From contig JBKQNN010000018.1 in the NCBI GenBank assembly GCA_052145975.1, forward strand, positions 1 through 42,835: a stretch of 42,835 nucleotides of DNA, read 5' to 3'. Below the pieces are notes generated by a model. It did not search any database. It saw only the letters and a program-made list of their open reading frames with translations, and was not told the origin of the DNA. A program made the translations under genes and the position numbers. This stretch comes from Rhodomicrobium sp. Lineage in GTDB: Bacteria > Pseudomonadota > Alphaproteobacteria > Rhizobiales > Rhodomicrobiaceae. Positions 37,003 to 42,835 of this stretch are shown in pieces; within the stretch, counting starts at the first letter, position 1, and every line of letters starts with the position of its first letter.

Positions 37003-37170
37003 ATGAGCTATCCGCTAGACCGCTATACGCCGGCGAAGGGCGCTGAGGACCGATCTCAGGTTCCTCCCGATCCCTGCAAGCCAGACCCCGTTCTCGCGTT
37101 GGTCGCGTGGATCGTATGCCTCTTGATCGGCGTCGCCTTTTGGACCGCTGTTTTTTACCTGGCGTTTTAA
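37003..37170 (+). CDS. small single-TM protein (55 aa), antisense to the 3' end of wzc/exoP
   Basis: AAAGGAATTGGAG RBS then ATG 37003; MSYPLDRYTP...PDPVLALVAWIVCLLIGVAFWTAVFYLAF. Confidence 0.5.
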   Translation: MSYPLDRYTPAKGAEDRSQVPPDPCKPDPVLALVAWIVCLLIGVAFWTAVFYLAF

Positions 37171-39543
37171 TTTCTTTAGCGGATCCGGTTTAACTTCCCC
37201 ACCTTCGAAATAATAGGAATTCGAGTATTCCAGGTAGTGCCGAAGGTGCGATTCCAATCCCCCATAGGAGCGAAGCTCGTTCACGTTGACCTTGTTAAAT
37301 ACAACTCCGAGACACTTGTTGTAAATCTCAATATTATGCGTAAAAACACTACGGACAATGTGCCGGCCAGTCTTGCGCCATTCGACAACGAAGACGAATG
37401 CGTGGACCTGCGGAGCAAATGCCCGCGCATCGATCACTGGCACGACCGGCGGCAGATCGATTATTATATACTCGAACTTTTCCTGTAAGTTGGATAGAAG
37501 GTTCTTCATACTAGCGGATGTGAGCAGGTCGGAGGTGTGGGACATCCGGCGCGGCATTACGCATGGAAGAAACGATAAACCGGAGCTTTCTTCGGTTATG
37601 AGCAGGCTTTCGACAGGTTCCTTGTAGACGACGGCTTCCACAAGTCCCTTTTTCGCGGTTGGGGCGAGTTCCGCTGTAAGCCGGGCGACGCGGAGATCGC
37701 AGTCGATCAAAAGCGTTTTGTGGCCAAGCAGAGCCAAGAGCGACGCGAAGTTCTTGGAAAAGACCGACTTTCCTTCACCAGGCATCGAGGATACCGTTCC
37801 AATAATTTTGGCCCGATTTTCGACGCCCCTAACGTCAGCCGCCAGCTTGGTGGCGCGCAAGGTTTCGGCGAAACCCGATCCAGGCCGCAGCACCGAGTAG
37901 GACATGACCGTATTCTTAATGGACATGAACGCGGAGCCGGTTCGCGAGCTATCGCCAGCTGTTCCGCTTGCCGGTTCGGCGGGACTGGAAACCGCGCCAT
38001 TCCCTGCCAAACCCGATTGCGCGATCCTTGGCAAAATTCCGAGAAACTCGAGCCCAAGCCGCCTGATTTGGTCCTCGCTGTAGAAGCCTTTCTCCTGCAG
38101 CTCGCGGTAAACGCCCACACCGAGGCCCGCGGCACTACCCAGCACTCCGAACAGCAATAAAGTCAGGAGGTTCTTGGGATGGCTCGGTTTGGCTGGCGGG
38201 CTTGCGCTCGTGATGATGCGCGCCTCGATGATAGGAAACGACTGCTGCTGCAACGCCTCATTGTAACGTTGCAAGTAGGTTTGGTACAAATTGCGGAAGG
38301 TCTCCCCTTCCCGCTCCAGTTCGCGTAATGCTACAAGGGACCTATTTTCATTGGCGTTTAGGTCCATTACCTTCTTTAAGCTGTCTTCCAGGGATTTCTC
38401 CCGCGTGCGTACGATCTCCAGCTCGCTGGCATACCCTTGCGCAATATGCGCCAGCTCCTCGAACATGAGCTTCTCATACTCATCTTTCTCGGCCCGCAGA
38501 CTCACCGCCGCCTGATGCTCCTCCCCGAGTTTCGCGACGATTTCAGAGTAGCGCTTGGATACTTCGAGATACTTTGTCCGAAGCTGCTCTACGATCACGT
38601 TTCCGATTGCCTCGGATACGATCGCAGTCGTTTGACGCCCCTTGACGATCGCATCGATGCGACGGTAACGGGCTTCCGTTTGGGCGGCTTCGCCCCGCGC
38701 GGCAACAAGCTGCGTGTTGATCTCGGAGAGCTGCTGCTCGTTCACGAGCTTACCGCCAGACGAGATCAGCCCATGCTCGGCGCGGAAGCGTTGGATCGCG
38801 AGATCGCTATCCACCGCCTTGGATTTCAACTCGCCGATGCGCTGTTCAAGCCATTGGCTGGCCCGGCGCGTCGCTTCATATTTCGTGTCGAGCTGGTCGG
38901 CAAGGTACGCCTCGGCAAAAGCGTTGGCAAAACGCGCAGACTTTTCGGCATCCGGGGAGGTGTAGGATAGCTGCAACACCATCGTTCTCGCGACGCGGTG
39001 CACATCCATGTTTTTTCTTAAACTCTCCACCAATTGGTGCAGGCGCAATTGCTCGTCGGTTTCGCCCGCCCGTGCGGTTTGCTCTGCGGGGTGGCGTCCC
39101 AACAGAGCTTGGAAATCGCCCCGCAATTTTGCAAGCAGGCCCTTCCCGGCAGGCGGCATATTTTTGAATTCTGGCTGATCGAGCAGACCCAGGCTCTGCA
39201 CGACTCTGATAGAAATCTTCTCCGCACGGGCGACTTCGACCTGGCTATCCACAAGCGACGACGCAAGCTCCATACTTGCAGTGTCTAGGTCGTATGAGCT
39301 TTCCACCGCGCGAATGCGCCGGTTATCGATTAAAATGAAGGCGTCAGCGGTGTACAGCGGCACCACGATCGCTAGGTAAATCACACCCAAGAGCACGGCC
39401 ACGCCAACTATCGCGCCAAAAACCAAGCCTTGGCGGCGTGCGGCTATCAGAACATACCCGAAATCTATGTTGTGCGGTGGCGCATACTCGCCTTCTTGAG
39501 ACCGGCCATAATCGGCCCCAGAGGAAACAGGATATTGAAGCAT
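37015..39543 (-). CDS. exoP: polysaccharide co-polymerase / BY-kinase ExoP/Wzc
   Basis: VDSQVEV, YLADQLDTKYEATRRASQWL, QQQSFPIIEARIIT; Walker A SSMPGEGKS, IDCDLR, IIDLPP; Tyr cluster HYLEYSNSYY. Confidence 0.9.
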   Translation of the reverse strand: MLQYPVSSGADYGRSQEGEYAPPHNIDFGYVLIAARRQGLVFGAIVGVAVLLGVIYLAIVVPLYTADAFILIDNRRIRAVESSYDLDTASMELASSLVDSQVEVARAEKISIRVVQSLGLLDQPEFKNMPPAGKGLLAKLRGDFQALLGRHPAEQTARAGETDEQLRLHQLVESLRKNMDVHRVARTMVLQLSYTSPDAEKSARFANAFAEAYLADQLDTKYEATRRASQWLEQRIGELKSKAVDSDLAIQRFRAEHGLISSGGKLVNEQQLSEINTQLVAARGEAAQTEARYRRIDAIVKGRQTTAIVSEAIGNVIVEQLRTKYLEVSKRYSEIVAKLGEEHQAAVSLRAEKDEYEKLMFEELAHIAQGYASELEIVRTREKSLEDSLKKVMDLNANENRSLVALRELEREGETFRNLYQTYLQRYNEALQQQSFPIIEARIITSASPPAKPSHPKNLLTLLLFGVLGSAAGLGVGVYRELQEKGFYSEDQIRRLGLEFLGILPRIAQSGLAGNGAVSSPAEPASGTAGDSSRTGSAFMSIKNTVMSYSVLRPGSGFAETLRATKLAADVRGVENRAKIIGTVSSMPGEGKSVFSKNFASLLALLGHKTLLIDCDLRVARLTAELAPTAKKGLVEAVVYKEPVESLLITEESSGLSFLPCVMPRRMSHTSDLLTSASMKNLLSNLQEKFEYIIIDLPPVVPVIDARAFAPQVHAFVFVVEWRKTGRHIVRSVFTHNIEIYNKCLGVVFNKVNVNELRSYGGLESHLRHYLEYSNSYYFEGGEVKPDPLKKLKRQVKNSGPKGDADQEAYDPRDQRENGVWLAGIGRNLRSVLSALRRRIAV

Positions 39544-39683
39544 CGTCGACCCGGCCCAACTCTAACTTGAGGCAAAGATCAAGTAGCACCTAAAAGCATA
39601 AAATAGCTTTAACTCTGCTCGCCTTCGGGCGAAGGTCTACCCCTTCCCTGCCGCCTACACGCAGGGAAGGGGTGTACAGAGCG

Positions 39684-40946
39684 TCAGAAGGGAGACGCGC
39701 TGCCTGTGGCCACGTATTGACCGCCATGCCGTGCGGCGGCGGCGCTTTGCGGAATACTGCCGCCAACGGTTGCAACCGAATTGACGAAGTTCAGGAATTT
39801 CATCACTTCCACCGATTCGGCGTTGGAAACGTACAGCACATCCTTGTTACGCATCGGGAAACGCTGCGCAAAGAAGTAGCTGGACGGATCCCTGAAATTC
39901 GCCCGGTACACTGTCGGAATTACTTTCTTTTCAGGCGGGAACTTCTCTAGGTCGACACCGATAAGCTTTAGGATATTCCTCGCCTCCATGCGGTAGACGA
40001 AGACTTGCCCAGGGTTTGCTTGAGCATCCAAAAGGCCGCCCGCCTTCGCGACACCTTCCGCCAGAGATACGCGCTCCTGATCGAAGTTGAATTGGCCGGA
40101 AAGACCCGATAGCGCCGACGACGCTCCTATGCCGGCCGCCACGCCGACCGCACCGAAAGCAACGAAGCGGCGCGGCTCATGGTAAAGGTAGATCGTATCG
40201 CCCGGAACGGCGTATATATTCTCCTCGGGGTGCAGGACCAAGGAATTGAAATACATGGTCGCTTTTCTGCCCTTGCGCTGCACGGTGATGTATATCTCAT
40301 AGCCCGGATAGCGAGGGCCGCCGGCAAAAGCGATAACGTCGAGTATTCGCTCTCCGCTCTGTGTCAGCTTAACTTTCTTAGGTAAATTGACCTCGCCGAC
40401 CACCGAAACGGTTCCCGCAACCTCTTCGTTGATCGAGATAATTACCTTGGGTTCGATCGCGCGGTTGGCCAGGCGTTCTTCGATCATACGCTGTACTTCG
40501 AGCACGGAGCGGCCCGCGACTTGAATATCTCCTGCATAGGGTACGGCGATCTTGCCATTAACGTCCACCGTCTGCGGTGGCAGCGTGACATAGTTGCCGG
40601 GCCGCACGCCGGCATCGACCGGTATGAACAGGCCGCCGCTCTTCGACTCGAAAATAGTGAGCTGTAGGACGTCCCCGGCGCCAATCGGGACTTTGGGGGG
40701 CGCGCCGCGGTCTTTTCCGAAAGACCGGAGGAACGAGTCGGCGTCAATATCGTACACGGCATTGACCGACGCCTCGTTAAGGTCGACGAGCGCGTAATCG
40801 AATGCAACCGTGCCCGGAGCGTTTATGGCCGAGGTGGCAGCGCCCATTAAAATGTCGTCATGCCGTGGCCCGCTTACCGGCAGTTCCGCACAAGCAGGCA
40901 AAATCAAACAGAGCGCCAGGGCTCCCCACATCGTCTCTCGCTTCAT
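39684..40946 (-). CDS. wza: outer-membrane polysaccharide export lipoprotein (Wza/OPX)
   Basis: Lipobox LPAC; IGAGDVLQLTIFES, TVDVNGKIAVPYAG, SLAEGVAKAGGL and DVLYVSNA motifs. Confidence 0.92.
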   Translation of the reverse strand: MKRETMWGALALCLILPACAELPVSGPRHDDILMGAATSAINAPGTVAFDYALVDLNEASVNAVYDIDADSFLRSFGKDRGAPPKVPIGAGDVLQLTIFESKSGGLFIPVDAGVRPGNYVTLPPQTVDVNGKIAVPYAGDIQVAGRSVLEVQRMIEERLANRAIEPKVIISINEEVAGTVSVVGEVNLPKKVKLTQSGERILDVIAFAGGPRYPGYEIYITVQRKGRKATMYFNSLVLHPEENIYAVPGDTIYLYHEPRRFVAFGAVGVAAGIGASSALSGLSGQFNFDQERVSLAEGVAKAGGLLDAQANPGQVFVYRMEARNILKLIGVDLEKFPPEKKVIPTVYRANFRDPSSYFFAQRFPMRNKDVLYVSNAESVEVMKFLNFVNSVATVGGSIPQSAAAARHGGQYVATGSASPF

Positions 40947-41206
40947 AACCCCGCCCATAATCCGTTGCCCAGAGGGACGCAAACTTACGAAACGCAGCAC
41001 AGCTACGTCGGGAGGGTTATGCGATTCGATTCAACCCGCAAGGCAAAGAGGTAATAATCGCATGCACAACTCACGACTGCTCTTTGGGTGTGGCTTTTTT
41101 GCACGCCGCGGGCTGCGATTTGGGCAACGAAGCACATTTACCAAAATTATATCCCTACAACACATAATCGCTTCCCCAGTAGAAAAATCCGCCATCTGCG
41201 GCTATA

Positions 41207-42001
41207 TTGGCGCTAAAACAGGCGGAACTACCCAGGGAGCTGCATGAACTCGTGAGTGCATTAGAAATCGTCAAGCGCGCTGTCCGCATAAGATCGGCGC
41301 GCGCTTTCCCGGCGAAGCTTCGCCACATTTCCCTTTCCGCCCCAATTGCCTCCGTCACTTTCGACGACTTTGCACGCAGTGCCTGGACCCTGGGCGGGGA
41401 GATTGTCGAGGACGCCGGAGCAAGAGCGACCTACTACGTGACCGGCAGCTATTGCCGGCGGAAGGTAGACGGACTTGAATATTATACCGAGACCGACCTT
41501 GCCGTAATGCACAGCCGCGGACATGAGCTGGGCTGTCATACATTTAGTCACTTGGCGATCCCTAACGTGCGCAACAGCCAGATCGACCGCGATCTCGCGC
41601 AAAATGCCGCGTTCATTCGCACTGCGTCCGGCCAGCCGGAGCTTCGCTCCTTCGCATATCCCTACGGCGCCGCCAGCATCCGGACGAAACTACTCCTCGG
41701 ACGGCACTTTAGCGCAAGCCGCGGTATCGAGCCCGGGATAAATGCCGGCTGGGCAGACTTCGCGCAGCTACGCGGATTGCGCCTTGAGCCTCAAGTTTTG
41801 AGGGACTTTCCAATCGCGCGTCTCGTGGATGAAGTCTGTGCTAGGAGGGGATGGCTCATTATCGTCACCCACGACGTATCGTCCAAGCCCACGCCCTATG
41901 GGTGCACACCCGCAACATTGAGACAGGCCATAGAGGCCGTTCAAAGGGCGGGCATCAAACTCTGCACCGTTGCCGAAGCGCTGAACCAGATGCACTTCTA
42001 G
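41207..42001 (+). CDS. polysaccharide deacetylase (CE4/NodB-like)
   Basis: SVTFDD, GHELGCHTFSH, SFAYPYG and IIVTHDV motifs. The true start may be GTG 41252. Confidence 0.88.
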   Translation: MALKQAELPRELHELVSALEIVKRAVRIRSARAFPAKLRHISLSAPIASVTFDDFARSAWTLGGEIVEDAGARATYYVTGSYCRRKVDGLEYYTETDLAVMHSRGHELGCHTFSHLAIPNVRNSQIDRDLAQNAAFIRTASGQPELRSFAYPYGAASIRTKLLLGRHFSASRGIEPGINAGWADFAQLRGLRLEPQVLRDFPIARLVDEVCARRGWLIIVTHDVSSKPTPYGCTPATLRQAIEAVQRAGIKLCTVAEALNQMHF

Positions 42002-42003
42002 CT

Positions 42004-42240
42004 CCCGCTGTCGCTGAAGGCCGAGTCCCATCCATAGGGCATTACCCCTCACCCCAGCCCTCTCGGCAAGCTCGCCTTGGCGAGCTTGCAACATAAAGCG
42101 ACCGCATTCGCAAGCGAATGCGGATGGGGGAGAGGGAGTCCGCTCGCAGCCGTTGATAGGGCGTCCCCTCTCCCATGGGGAGAGGGACAGGGTGAGGGGT
42201 AATGCCCTATGGATGGGACTCACACTTCAGCGACAGTGGG
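42004..42240. repeat. long palindromic element, CCCCTCA-core family, copy 3 with internal insertion
   Basis: Arms CCCGCTGTCGCTGAAGGCCGAGTCCCATCCATAGGGCATTACCCCTCA / TGAGGGGTAATGCCCTATGGATGGGACTCACACTTCAGCGACAGTGGG. Extra hairpins GCAAGCTCGCC-TT-GGCGAGCTTGC and CGCATTCGC-AA-GCGAATGCG lie inside. Confidence 0.88.
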
Positions 42241-42835
42241 TATTCACCCATTAACGCATCGTTCGTTTGGCGTAGGACGCTACTATGGTTAATGCCGGGA
42301 TAGTTAACGCCGGCCCCGCATATTTTCCGCCGCCGTCTTTCTGCGAATCTTTTCCCGCTTTAGGTCGATTTCTACGACTCCAAAATCCTATAAAATATGT
42401 TTGCAGATTTAATGTTAAGCATAAAACGACGTATTTGTCTGGCGAGTGGCGCGCGGCCCACAGAAATTGCTTCATATAATCAATGCGTTAGGTGCGTAAC
42501 ATTTTATTAAAGCGCATTTGCCTATAATTGCGCCTTAAAGGAAGACCCGGCAGTTGCAGCGAATTGCCCAGGAATCCGTCAAGTTGAGGTAAACAGACAG
42601 TTACTGCCAGGCCAACGGAGGTCTACGATTCGATGTAAAGTAAATGCTAAATTTCAAGCTAGAGCGAATAGGCCGCACCGTCATCCTGGAACCGGCTCCC
42701 TAGCCGGGCGGCTCCCGGCACGATGAGCCCGCTCAGGAGTTTCATTCTAGCGTTTACAGATTAGTAAGGGCCGGTATAGACTGCCATTTCGTAAAATCGC
42801 TGAAATTGAGAACCATTTGCTGGACCCGCCCATGC

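Overview
GC-rich alphaproteobacterial chromosome segment, probably Hyphomicrobiales (Rhodomicrobium-like, inferred from gene content and RIME/Bru-RS-type repeats). The left part holds the 5' end of a mannose-1-phosphate guanylyltransferase, an AT-rich decayed PIN-domain gene, moaA, a nitroreductase, a phasin, small hypothetical genes, a GH18-deacetylase-GT2 fusion, a large secreted orphan protein, an IS4 relic and a YddA/ExsE-like ABC transporter. The middle part is a stand-alone polysaccharide module: a Wzc kinase translationally coupled to a J-domain protein and a TPR/CBM-like protein, with a divergent Wzy/O-antigen ligase. It is followed by a PleC/DivJ-family kinase, a GST and an MBL hydrolase. 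The right part (24.6-42 kb) is a Wzx/Wzy succinoglycan-like EPS cluster (epimerase, Wzx, ExoL, ExoA, ExoO, ExoM, ExoQ-like, WcaJ-type primer, ExoP/Wzc, Wza, deacetylase). It carries a GNAT plus a proline-dehydrogenase-fold enzyme that has lost the proline-binding residues. The intergenic spaces hold at least three families of palindromic repeats, some nested and some supplying stop codons. The best candidates for an undescribed system are the GNAT/PRODH-like EPS tailoring pair and the Wzc-J-domain-TPR/CBM operon. All family calls come from motif recognition by eye; no searches were run.
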